From NCBI GenBank assembly GCA_963666985.2, contig CAXXIA010000002.1, positions 1,472,001 through 1,536,000 on the forward strand: a stretch of 64,000 nt of DNA. Direction: 5' to 3'. Below the pieces are notes generated by a model. It searched no databases and was not told the origin of the DNA. It was given only the letters and a program-made list of their open reading frames with translations. This document shows positions 9,085 to 18,299 of the stretch, one piece after another. The DNA is from Spirochaetia bacterium (lineage in GTDB: Bacteria > Spirochaetota > Spirochaetia > DSM-2461). Numbering within the stretch: the first letter of the stretch is position 1; every line of letters starts with the position of its first letter. The position numbers were made by a program, and so were the translations under genes.

Positions 9085-10637
9085 ACTACAGAATTGGAAT
9101 TGATGTCGGCGGCACCAATACGGACGCCGTTATTCTGGACGAGGGGAACGCCGTTATCGCCAAATGCAAGGAAGCCACGACAAAGGATGTCTCCTCGGGC
9201 ATAAAAAACGCCGTGGAACGCGTCCTGGCCGATTCGGGAATCGCCCCGGAGGCCGTTACCGACGCGATGCTCGGCACGACGCACGCCACGAATGCCATTG
9301 TTGAACGAAAAGGCCTTTCCAAAGTCGGACTCATTCGCGTTTCGGCCCCTTCGGGCTACGGGATTCCGCCGTATGCCGACTGGCCGGACGACATCGTCGC
9401 GGTGCTCGGCGGCAGCTATGTCATTGTCAAAGGCGGTTACGAATACAACGGAGTTCCCATTACAGGAACCGACGAAAAGGAAATCACCGAAGCCTTGATG
9501 AAACTGAAAGGCGAAGGAATCGAGGCTCTTGCCGTTTCCGGGGCCTTCTCGCCGGTAAACTCCGACCAGGAGATTCTCGTACAAAAGAAAGCAGCCGAAA
9601 TCTTCGGACCGGATTTCCCGGTTACGCTCTCCAATGAAATCGGAAGCATCGGTCTGCTGGAGCGGGAAAACGCCGCGATTCTGAACGCCGCGATTCGGAA
9701 ACTCGCCGAAGCGGCCTACGGCTCCTTTCAGAATGTTCTGAAAGACCACGGAATAAACGCGGATCTTTTCATCACTCAGAACGACGGAACGCTCATGTCC
9801 ATCGAATACGCAAAACAGTATCCGGTGCTGACCATCGCTTCCGGCCCGACGAACTCGCTTCGAGGCGCGGCCTATCTGTCCGGTCTTAAAGACGCCATCG
9901 TTATCGACGTCGGCGGAACCACCACGGACGTGGGCGTGCTGAGCGGCGGTTTCCCGCGCGAATCCAGCGCCGCCGCGGAGCTCGGCGGCGTTCGAACCAA
10001 CTTCCGAATGCCCGATCTTCTTGCCATCGGCTTGGGCGGCGGTTCCATCGTATCGCTTGACAAGGAGCCGCCCCGAGTGGGACCCGAATCCGTGGGATAC
10101 CGAATCCACGGCGAGGCCCTCGTCTTCGGCGGCAAAACAACGACGGCCACCGACATCGCCGTCGCGGCCGGCATGGCCTCTCTCGGCGATACGGCGAAAA
10201 TTTCCGGGATTGACGGGAAGAAGGCTCTTGCCGCCGCCGAAGTAATGAAAACCATGGTTGAAGAAATAATCGACAAAATGAAAACCGTTTCGGGCGAAAT
10301 GCCCGTGGTTGCCGTGGGCGGCGGAAGCATTCTCCTGCCGAACAAACTCGCCGGCGCCAGTCAGGTGATGAAGCCCGATCATTTCGAGGTGGCCAACGCC
10401 ATCGGCGCGGCCATATCTCAGATTTCGGGCAGTATCGACGGCGTGTTCGACGTGGCCGGCCGCGGACGTGACGCGGTTGTTCAAGAAGTTAAGGAACTGG
10501 CCAAGGCCGAGGCGGTGAAAGCCGGTGCGGACGAACGCACCGTCGAAATCGTCGAACTCGATGAGATTCCCCTGGCCTATCTGCCGTCGAACGCGGTGCG
10601 GTTCAGAGTGAAAGCCGTTGGCGATTTGGCCCGCTGA
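9081..10637 (+). CDS. hydantoinase/5-oxoprolinase family protein (HyuA-like)
   Basis: IGIDVGGTNTD, GTTHATNA, SGPTNS, DVGGTTTD, GLGGGS, VANAIGAA; ATGA overlap with DUF917. Confidence 0.9.
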   Translation: MNYRIGIDVGGTNTDAVILDEGNAVIAKCKEATTKDVSSGIKNAVERVLADSGIAPEAVTDAMLGTTHATNAIVERKGLSKVGLIRVSAPSGYGIPPYADWPDDIVAVLGGSYVIVKGGYEYNGVPITGTDEKEITEALMKLKGEGIEALAVSGAFSPVNSDQEILVQKKAAEIFGPDFPVTLSNEIGSIGLLERENAAILNAAIRKLAEAAYGSFQNVLKDHGINADLFITQNDGTLMSIEYAKQYPVLTIASGPTNSLRGAAYLSGLKDAIVIDVGGTTTDVGVLSGGFPRESSAAAELGGVRTNFRMPDLLAIGLGGGSIVSLDKEPPRVGPESVGYRIHGEALVFGGKTTTATDIAVAAGMASLGDTAKISGIDGKKALAAAEVMKTMVEEIIDKMKTVSGEMPVVAVGGGSILLPNKLAGASQVMKPDHFEVANAIGAAISQISGSIDGVFDVAGRGRDAVVQEVKELAKAEAVKAGADERTVEIVELDEIPLAYLPSNAVRFRVKAVGDLAR

Positions 10638-10670
10638 GCCTCTAAGCGGGAAATAATAAAAAAGGAGATA

Positions 10671-12008
10671 ATGATGGAGAATCCAAAGCATTCCGCATTG
10701 GAAGACTACGGAACCGGTCCTGTCCCGGAAGAGAAAGGCAAGAACTGGTTCGGCATCGGTATTGTGTACTGGGGCATGAGCATCTGCCTTCCGGCATTCT
10801 TAATTGCCGGAATGGTGGCCGGTCCGGCGCGGCTCGGCATGGCCGTCGGCGTGTTTCTGCTGGCGGCCGTGGTTTTGGGAGCCGCCGCCGTCCTGACGGG
10901 AATTCTGGGTGCCGGTACGCGGATGTCCACCGGACTTTCCGCGCGATTTACATTCGGGAAATACGGAGCCTACGTGCTTCAGTTCCTTCTGTTCTTCGCC
11001 TTCTGGGGCTGGTTCGGCGTGCAGCTGGGCTTCATGGTCAACGGCCTCGGCGACGGCGGATTAATGATGGTTATCGGAACGGCGGTTCCCGCCTGGCTTC
11101 TGAAAATAATCGGAGGCTTTCTGATGACGCTGACGGCCATGTTCGGTTTCAAGGCCATCGAGAAACTCAGTATCGTGGCGATTCCCCTGCTCCTGATTAT
11201 CATCCTCGCCACGATCGCGTCCGAATTCGGCGGGGAGAAAACCCTGGCTTCGGTAGCGAACATTACGGCCGAAGGCGCCATGCCTTTCGGTGTTGCGGTT
11301 TCCGTGGTTATCGGAACCTACATCCTCGGGGGACTGTGTGCTCCCGACATTACCCGCTACTCAAAGAACAAGGCCGCCGGCGGGTTCGGCATGGTCTTCG
11401 GTATGTTCATCGGTTTCCCGGTTATCCTTATCCTGGGAGCGATTATGGTGAAGGGCGGCGGCGGTGAAATCGATTTTTCCAAGGTTATGCTGTCCAACAA
11501 CACGGGTTTCTGGTCCGTCCTGGCGGTAATCACCATCGTTCTGGCGGCTTGGACCACCAACGACAACAACCTGTATTCCGGCGCCCTTTCTCTGAACGCC
11601 ATGTTCCCGAAACTGCAGAAATGGATGATTACGGTGGTCTCCGGTATCGTCGGAACCGTCCTGGCTCTTCTGGGCATCAACACGGCCGCAGGCTTTACGA
11701 CGTTCCTGGGCTTCTTGGCCATCCTTATTCCGCCCGCGGCGAGCGTGATGATCGCCGATTTTTACCTGTTCAAGGGAGACGACAATCTGCGTTACGACGC
11801 CGATTCCGTGGAATCCACGCCTCCGATCCGGTGGATTCCCATAGCGGCCTGGGCAATCGGCTCCGCCTTCGGCTTCCTGGTGCAGTACACGCCCGTTAAA
11901 TTGACCAACATAACCGCCATAGACACCATTCTTGTCGGCGGAGCGGTGTTCGTCGTTCTGATGCTTCTGGCGAAGAAAAAAGTGTCGCTGAAGGCCGCGG
12001 AGGCGTAA
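10671..12008 (+). CDS. NCS1 (cytosine/purine permease family) transporter
   Basis: About 12 TM segments; GWFGVQ, PDITRY, WTTNDNNLYS motifs; AAGGAG RBS. Confidence 0.9.
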   Translation: MMENPKHSALEDYGTGPVPEEKGKNWFGIGIVYWGMSICLPAFLIAGMVAGPARLGMAVGVFLLAAVVLGAAAVLTGILGAGTRMSTGLSARFTFGKYGAYVLQFLLFFAFWGWFGVQLGFMVNGLGDGGLMMVIGTAVPAWLLKIIGGFLMTLTAMFGFKAIEKLSIVAIPLLLIIILATIASEFGGEKTLASVANITAEGAMPFGVAVSVVIGTYILGGLCAPDITRYSKNKAAGGFGMVFGMFIGFPVILILGAIMVKGGGGEIDFSKVMLSNNTGFWSVLAVITIVLAAWTTNDNNLYSGALSLNAMFPKLQKWMITVVSGIVGTVLALLGINTAAGFTTFLGFLAILIPPAASVMIADFYLFKGDDNLRYDADSVESTPPIRWIPIAAWAIGSAFGFLVQYTPVKLTNITAIDTILVGGAVFVVLMLLAKKKVSLKAAEA

Positions 12009-12047
12009 TCTCCGGAGTTATTCATTAAGTAAACCGCTTAATCTTCC

Positions 12048-12079
12048 GGCCGCCCCTTTGAATTGGGGCGGCCTTTTTT
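12048..12079 (+). terminator. intrinsic terminator of the DUF917 operon
   Basis: GGCCGCCCC-TTTGAATT-GGGGCGGCC followed by TTTTTT. Confidence 0.85.
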
Positions 12080-12423
12080 ATCGGAAGCGTCCGCGAGGCA
12101 AAGAGATTGTTCGCCGCGCGTGATATTGGCGGGCGGGCCGGAGGCGGGTGTGGCTCACCGGGGTGGCGTGGTGGTTGGTGGTGTAAGTGCCGCGGGTATG
12201 GCGGTGCGGGAGAGACGCCTGCGGCGCGGCGGCGGGAAACCGAATGGGCGCGGAGCGGCCGGTTGCGGGAAGGGCCGCCCGGGCGGTGTTGTGCGGCAGG
12301 TGGCCGCGGGTGTTAAAGGCGGCCCCGCCGAGGTTCGATTCGAAGCGGCCTTGTCGTTTTGAACGCGGCGGATTCCGCGCGGCTTCGATACCCCCGGAGG
12401 GGGGTCACTTTTCTTTTAAAAAA

Positions 12424-14964
12424 TTAAAACAGGTCAAGCTGCCGCCCACCGAGGACGGCGTCGAAGCTTTCGCCCTGTAGAGCGAGGATGTCGTCGGCCA
12501 CAGAGCGAAGCTGTTTGTCGATGTAGTGGCTGTAGTCGATTTCCTGAGGGTTCAGTTCCATGGGGACGGGGCCTTGAGGAGTGATGACGTATTCGACTTC
12601 GCGGAGGTCTTTGGTGCCGTCGGGGTCGAGCATGAGGACGGCGCGGACATGGGGCGGCGGGGATTTGTAGTCTTTGGCGGCTCGGGAGAGCCGGCGTTTG
12701 TAGATGAGTTTGTCGTCCATTTCTCCGGATCGGATTTTTTCCACTTGTTCGCGAATCCACCCTTTGAGGTCTTCGCCGTCGAAGTAGCGCCGGAAGAGTC
12801 CGTATTGAAATTCCCGGGCCAGGGGCGTTGAGTCGGAGCGGACGAATTCCATGCCCTTGATTTCCACCGAGCCGTCCGGGAGCAGTCCGGCGTAGCGTTT
12901 GACGGCGCTTTCTCCCCCGGAGCGCATGATGGGAAGAAAAAGCCGCACGTAGCGTTTTTCAAATTCCAGTTCCAGCCGGGAGGTGACTCCGTATTCGGCC
13001 TGAATGATCTCTCGGAAATACTCGTCGATGCTTTGGGCCAGCCGTTCTCCGGCTTGTTCGGGGTTTTGCCTCTCTTCGGTTTTGAGTTTAACGAAAACAG
13101 AGTCGGTGTCGCCGTAGAGAACTTGGTAGCCGCGCTTGCGCAGACGTTCGGCGGTGGTTTCCAGCACCCAGCGTCCGATTCCGGTGATGGCTGCGGGAAG
13201 CTCGGCGCGGTAGAAGCGGCAGCCGGGGGATCCCATGACGCCGTACATGGAGTTCATCAGGATTTTCACGGCCTGGGCCAGCGGATCATCCTTCTCGGCT
13301 TTGGCCCGGGAACGCCGCTGCATCAGTTCGCCCAAATAGGCCGGGAGGATGTGCTCGGAGCGGGAGAAGCGAATATTGACGGGGGTTTCCAGAGGATGAT
13401 TCTCGGCTTCCAGCAGGGAGTAGGGGTCGATATGGAAGGTACGGATGATGGTGGGATACAGGCTTTTAAAGTCCAAAACCGCCACGTCTTCGAACAGGCC
13501 GGCGCCGGAGGAGAAAACCATGGCGCCGGGCGAAGGGCCTGATGCGCTGATGTCGCTCTGGTTCGGGGCGACGCGGCCTTTGCGGTGGAGTCTGGGCAAA
13601 AAGAAGCGGTCGAAGGCGGCCACGGAACGGTGAACCTGATCCGGCGGCAGGCCGGTGATGAGGCTCCGGGTAACCAGCTGTTCCAGCACGCCGGTTCGTT
13701 CGAAGATTTCGGTAACCAGGACGGCATCTTCGAGGTTGTAGCGGACCAGGGCGCCCTTGTCCTCACGGAAGCGCCTTTCGATTTCCTCGACTTTTTCCTG
13801 TCCGTGCTCTGCGATGTCTTTTCTCCGGCCTAAGAGTTCATGCGCCACGGTGTCCAGCCGCCAGTCGGAGAATTTGTGAAAGGCGCCCCGAAGCGTGGGC
13901 GGGCCGTCGATGATGATGCGGCCTTCGAGTTCGGCGATGGGCAGTCTGCCGGGGCGTTCGGTCAGCTTGAGGGGAGAACGGCCGCGGCCGATGCGAAGAG
14001 GCAGGTTTACCTGGCGGCTTTTCTCGTCGAGGAAGGAGAGGTCGAAGCCGATAACGTGCCACCCGATGATAACGTCGGGGTCGGTTTCATCCACGGTTTT
14101 GATGAAATGACGCAAAAGATCGATTTCAGTGGGGAGATAGGTGACGGTGCCTGGGGGGTCGGGGTTTGGCTTGCCGGTGGCGGCGGCAAGAGCATTGTCG
14201 GAGTCTGTGGTGGAAGCGGCGGGGCTGGTATGCAAGGCAGCAGAGGCGCCGGCGGATGCGGCAAGAGCATTGTCGGAGTCTGTGGTGACATCGGCGGGGG
14301 TGAATACGGCGGCGTTTTGCGGGGCGGCGGGGGCTGCGTCGGGCGGCATGCTGTTCCCGGCCGACCGGTAAAGGGGTTCCACCCGCCCACCGGCCGGGGC
14401 TTTGGGATCCAAAACGGCCGCCCTGACCTGCCGTCCTTCCGGACCGGCGATGTCCATGGCCACCGAATACAGGGTTCCGTCCCGGCCGGTTTCAATGTCG
14501 AGGGACAAAGTCTTCAGGCGGGGGCGCCATTCGGACGGCGTGATTCTGGGTTCATCGAAAACGGTGAGATGCCCTTCGCGGCGGGGAACACCTGAAATAT
14601 GAGCCGAGCCGTTGATGAAGCGTTCCATGAGGTAGCGGTCTTCGGGACGAACATCCGACTCCCAGGTTCTCAAAGCCGCTTCGGACGTGCGATAACGGCC
14701 GTCTCTGTATTCCGACGCGGTTTGAAAGTACAGACCGTCCACATCGGAACCGTCGAATCCTTTTAAATCCAGATACCGTCTTTCCGCGCGAAAACCGGCG
14801 GGCAAAACGGCCGACCGCGAAATAAAAAAGACGGGCTGATGATGCGGAATACGAACCAGTACGGGTCCCGCCCGACCTATACCCCAAAAACGCAGACAAC
14901 AGCCTTCACCGCCGTCCTCAGCATCCGCGGTCAGGAGAAACATATCTGTTTCGGTTATTTTCAT
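12424..14964 (-). CDS. polB: DNA polymerase II (family B)
   Basis: ExoI SLDIET, ExoII GWHVIGFD, ExoIII YNLED, LDFKSLYPTII, KILMNSMYG, YGDTDS, KRYAG, C-terminal clamp motif QLDLF; start placed at MKITETDM (uncertain). Confidence 0.92.
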   Translation of the reverse strand: MKITETDMFLLTADAEDGGEGCCLRFWGIGRAGPVLVRIPHHQPVFFISRSAVLPAGFRAERRYLDLKGFDGSDVDGLYFQTASEYRDGRYRTSEAALRTWESDVRPEDRYLMERFINGSAHISGVPRREGHLTVFDEPRITPSEWRPRLKTLSLDIETGRDGTLYSVAMDIAGPEGRQVRAAVLDPKAPAGGRVEPLYRSAGNSMPPDAAPAAPQNAAVFTPADVTTDSDNALAASAGASAALHTSPAASTTDSDNALAAATGKPNPDPPGTVTYLPTEIDLLRHFIKTVDETDPDVIIGWHVIGFDLSFLDEKSRQVNLPLRIGRGRSPLKLTERPGRLPIAELEGRIIIDGPPTLRGAFHKFSDWRLDTVAHELLGRRKDIAEHGQEKVEEIERRFREDKGALVRYNLEDAVLVTEIFERTGVLEQLVTRSLITGLPPDQVHRSVAAFDRFFLPRLHRKGRVAPNQSDISASGPSPGAMVFSSGAGLFEDVAVLDFKSLYPTIIRTFHIDPYSLLEAENHPLETPVNIRFSRSEHILPAYLGELMQRRSRAKAEKDDPLAQAVKILMNSMYGVMGSPGCRFYRAELPAAITGIGRWVLETTAERLRKRGYQVLYGDTDSVFVKLKTEERQNPEQAGERLAQSIDEYFREIIQAEYGVTSRLELEFEKRYVRLFLPIMRSGGESAVKRYAGLLPDGSVEIKGMEFVRSDSTPLAREFQYGLFRRYFDGEDLKGWIREQVEKIRSGEMDDKLIYKRRLSRAAKDYKSPPPHVRAVLMLDPDGTKDLREVEYVITPQGPVPMELNPQEIDYSHYIDKQLRSVADDILALQGESFDAVLGGRQLDLF
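14183..14287. repeat. 30-bp exact direct repeat (period 75 bp) inside polB
   Basis: GCGGCAAGAGCATTGTCGGAGTCTGTGGTG at 14183-14212 and 14258-14287; encodes TTDSDNALAA twice. Confidence 0.95.
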
Positions 14965-15049
14965 GTGTTTCCCGTTAAATCTTCGGTGAAAAACCATCAC
15001 CGCCGGTGCTGATGAAATAAAAACTCCGATGAATCGTTATACTGACATT

Positions 15050-15565
15050 ATGGACGAAAAAAATCCTCCCGTTAAAAATAAAGCCATTATCGTCGGCATC
15101 ATTCTCATCGCGGTCGGTCTCTTGTTCATCGCCGGAAAATTTCTGAACCTCGGCGGAATAACCCGTTTATGGCCCCTTTTCCTTTTTATTCCGGTAGTGG
15201 TGCTTGCCTCAACCCTTCTTCGGGATCCGAGGAAGAATTCCGGTACCGTTATTCCGGCCGTTATTCTGACCGTACTCGGAATTTTTTTCCTTTGGCTCAA
15301 TTTTACCGATTGGGAGCATATCTCAATCGCTTGGCCGATCTTCATCATCGCTCCGGGTCTCGGGGTTCTATCATCATGGCTCATTACAAGAGAACGCAGT
15401 CAGCTGACGGCCGCCTGCGTCATCCTTACGGTGGGCCTTGCGCTGTTTTTCCGCACGCTTCTGCACCATTGGGGCATCGCCATTGATCGTCTTGTTCTGC
15501 TGGGTATCGTTCTGGTTGTCTCGGGGATACTCGTTCTAATTATGCGGAACAGGGAGAACAAATAA
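15050..15565 (+). CDS. multi-pass membrane protein (LiaF/DUF5668-like repeats)
   Basis: About 6 TM segments with repeated LWPLFL/AWPIFI motifs; start chosen at ATG 15050, 6 nt after TATACT. Confidence 0.7.
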   Translation: MDEKNPPVKNKAIIVGIILIAVGLLFIAGKFLNLGGITRLWPLFLFIPVVVLASTLLRDPRKNSGTVIPAVILTVLGIFFLWLNFTDWEHISIAWPIFIIAPGLGVLSSWLITRERSQLTAACVILTVGLALFFRTLLHHWGIAIDRLVLLGIVLVVSGILVLIMRNRENK

Positions 15566-15588
15566 AAATCGACCCCGACCGGCGATCG

Positions 15589-16227
15589 CTAAAACAACTT
15601 CTTCTGGACCGCGTGAGTTGAACGATACTCCTCGATTTTGCCTTCCAGTCCTTTAAGCATGACTTCCATCGTATCGGGTCTGTTGATATCGTACGATTCG
15701 GTATCCAGCTTCACCTTGGGTGAATAGTTATAGTGATCGAACCAGAGAAGATACTTCTTATTCAGTTTCTCCAAATAATCCCGCGGAATCCCCGACTCCA
15801 ATCCTCTGTTGCGAATGGTGATTCTCTCAATCGCCGCATCAACCGAACAGTCCAGATAAATCAGTAAAGCGGGCGGGTCCGCGTGCTCCAGCATGTTATC
15901 CAATAGAGTACAGTAGGATCGAAACTCCTCGTCGGACATATCGCCGTCGTCATGAAGCAGTTCGGCGAAAATCCGGTCTCCGAAAATCGATCGGTCGAGA
16001 AGTCCCCCGCCGGCGGCGTGAATGTCTTTAATCATTCTGAAACGCTCGTTGAGGAAATGAATCTGCATTGTAAAAGCCCAGCGGCCTTTGTCGGCATAAA
16101 ACCGATCGAGGAGATTTAAGGTATCCGGATTGCCCAATTCCCGGTAGAGCGGGATTCCGAACCGGCGTTCCAGAATCTCTCCCATTGTCGTTTTACCGGC
16201 GCCGATTTGTCCTTCGATAATAATCAC
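15589..16227 (-). CDS. deoxynucleoside kinase (dAK/dCK/dGK family)
   Basis: IEGQIGAGKTT, MQIHFL, LDRSIFGD, RNRGLE; GTG start at 16227 after AAGGAG (ORF track starts at 16266). Confidence 0.9.
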   Translation of the reverse strand: MIIIEGQIGAGKTTMGEILERRFGIPLYRELGNPDTLNLLDRFYADKGRWAFTMQIHFLNERFRMIKDIHAAGGGLLDRSIFGDRIFAELLHDDGDMSDEEFRSYCTLLDNMLEHADPPALLIYLDCSVDAAIERITIRNRGLESGIPRDYLEKLNKKYLLWFDHYNYSPKVKLDTESYDINRPDTMEVMLKGLEGKIEEYRSTHAVQKKLF

Positions 16228-16640
16228 CGGCCATGCTCCTTCTTCCAAGGGTTCTTCCTCGATCATTTATTGTCGGAGTTTCGATATAGGAATCGGCACC
16301 CGCCATGGCCTTCGCTTCGCTGCGTAACACCACTGCCTGCGGTACAACCCCATATCCACCCGAGTCTATGAGTATACAGAATTTCGACCGGGAAAAAGAA
16401 CCGCCGGCTTTATCCCCCCCGTCAATCGTGAGGGGGACAAACGAAGTATTACGGATAAATTGACTCTAAAAAACGGAGTTACGTGAAAGATCTTTTGCGA
16501 ATCATCCGGAAAATAGCGAAACAGCATCACCGAAACGCAAGCGAAAATAAACAACAGATATCATTTTACTTGCCGAATCGGGGCTGAAAACCTTTCGGCC
16601 GCGGCCGAATACCATATATTATCAAAAAGGAGAGGAAAAA

Positions 16641-17504
16641 ATGAAAAAGAACGGATTCAGAACCGCAGCCGCCGTATTGATTGCCGCCGCCGCTCTCATC
16701 ACCGGTCCGGCCGGCTGTTCGAAAAACGATTCAACGAAGAATACGGCCGCCGCTTCCGACGACACGGCCGTCGCCGAGCCCCTCATCGTGGCCATGGAAC
16801 TGCAGTTCCCGCCCTTTGAGATGGCCGAAGCCGACGGCACTCCTTCCGGGATCAGCGTGGACACCGCTTACGCCTTGGGCGAATACCTGGACAGGCCGGT
16901 CGTGATTGAAAATACCGCCTGGACGGGGCTTATCCCTTCCATTCAATCGGGCAAGGCGGACATCATCATCTCCTCCATGAGTATTACCGACGAACGAGCC
17001 GAAGTGGTGGACTTCTCCATTCCTTACGCGGCCTCGGGCGTTACCCTGCTGATCAACAAAGATTCATCTGTGAAAAGTTATCGCGAGCTGTCGGAAGACG
17101 GCGTCATCGTCGCGGTGAAGTCGGGAACCATCGGCGCCATTTGGGCGGCCGAAAATCTGCCGGCCGACAAGATCCGCATCTTCGATGAGGTGGCCGCCTG
17201 CGCTCTGGAAGTTTCCCAAGGCAAAGCCGATGCCTTTATTTATGACGGACTCACAACGTTCGAGCTTCAGAAGAAGTTCCCGGACTCAACCTTCGTCAAC
17301 CTGGAAAACCTGCCGGGAACCCTCGGCGGATGGGGAATGGCCATGAAAAAGGGCAACACCGAACTTAAAACCGGCGCCGATGCCTTCATCAGGGAGTTCC
17401 GAGCCTCCGGAGGATTCACCGAGCTGGAGCGGAAATACCTGAAAGACATGCGGCAGGTGTTCGACGATGCCGGACTGCCCTCTTTTTTCGATATTGAAGA
17501 TTAA
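16641..17504 (+). CDS. polar amino-acid ABC transporter substrate-binding lipoprotein
   Basis: Lipobox PAGC, FPPFE, SSMSITDERAEVVDFSIPY. Confidence 0.9.
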   Translation: MKKNGFRTAAAVLIAAAALITGPAGCSKNDSTKNTAAASDDTAVAEPLIVAMELQFPPFEMAEADGTPSGISVDTAYALGEYLDRPVVIENTAWTGLIPSIQSGKADIIISSMSITDERAEVVDFSIPYAASGVTLLINKDSSVKSYRELSEDGVIVAVKSGTIGAIWAAENLPADKIRIFDEVAACALEVSQGKADAFIYDGLTTFELQKKFPDSTFVNLENLPGTLGGWGMAMKKGNTELKTGADAFIREFRASGGFTELERKYLKDMRQVFDDAGLPSFFDIED

Positions 17505-17525
17505 CCGCCGAAGGAGATCCGATCG

Positions 17526-18299
17526 GTGAACCCGCTGATTGAAAAAAACGGCCGGGACAATCCGTGGGGCCGCGCTTTCAGCGGACTCCTGGTCGTCCTG
17601 GCCCTGACGGCGGTGTTCTGGTTCGGCTTCAGCCGTCTCGGATACCGTTTCGCTTGGGCAACCATCTACGATTATCGGGTGAATTTCCTGCGGGGCTACG
17701 GCACCACTCTCCTCATCGCCGCCCTCTCGCTGGGACTCAGTCTGCTGTTGGGCATCATCTTCGGCATAGGTCAGTCCAGCTCATTCCTGCCCTACCGGTA
17801 TCTCTCGCGCTTTTATATCGAATTGATTCGCGGTACGCCGCTGCTGGTTCAAATCCTTATCTTTTTTTATGTGGTAGCCAATGCCGCGGGGCTGAATAAC
17901 CGCTTCGTTGTGGGAGTGCTTACCATGTCGCTGTTCTCCGGAGCCTATATCGCCGAAATCATCCGCGGCGGCGTGGAAAGCATCGCCGAAAGTCAGCTGG
18001 AAACCGCCAGGTCGCTGGGATTCACCCCTTGGCTGACCTATCGACATGTCGTCTTTCCTCAGGTTATCACCCGGATTCTCCCCTCCCTGGCCGGCCAGCT
18101 GGCCTCGCTCATCAAGGACTCCTCACTTCTCTCGGTCATCGCGATAAAAGAGTTCACCATGGCGGCCAGAGAAATGAACGCCAATACGTTCTCCACCATG
18201 GAAGCCTACATTCCCCTGGCCGTCGGCTACCTCTTGCTGACTCTGCCCATTTCCCGGCTTACGCGGTATCTGGAGAAAAAGTTCAGCTATGAAACTTGA
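17526..18299 (+). CDS. polar amino-acid ABC transporter permease
   Basis: IRGTPLLVQ, AYIAEIIRGG, LIKDSSL. Confidence 0.9.
   Translation: MNPLIEKNGRDNPWGRAFSGLLVVLALTAVFWFGFSRLGYRFAWATIYDYRVNFLRGYGTTLLIAALSLGLSLLLGIIFGIGQSSSFLPYRYLSRFYIELIRGTPLLVQILIFFYVVANAAGLNNRFVVGVLTMSLFSGAYIAEIIRGGVESIAESQLETARSLGFTPWLTYRHVVFPQVITRILPSLAGQLASLIKDSSLLSVIAIKEFTMAAREMNANTFSTMEAYIPLAVGYLLLTLPISRLTRYLEKKFSYET

Noticed and set aside
9042..10691. Long antisense ORFs (e.g. 9042-10691, 3702-4979, 38529-39854, 41122-42507)
   Set aside because: Shadow frames opposite well-supported genes, as expected in GC-rich DNA; no motifs
14150..14405. Intein in polB
   Set aside because: No intein terminal residues or endonuclease motifs; the insert is low-complexity
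12424..16227. Prophage replication module (polB plus dNK)
   Set aside because: PolB is a cellular Pol II type with a clamp-binding tail; no phage structural or integrase genes nearby
16272..16376. Purine riboswitch or SRP RNA in the dNK leader
   Set aside because: ACUCAUA..UCG.GUGGAUAUGG resembles the start of the xpt aptamer, but the P2 3' strand, UUUCUACC and P3 are missing; the SRP CAGG-GNRA-AGCA motif is also absent
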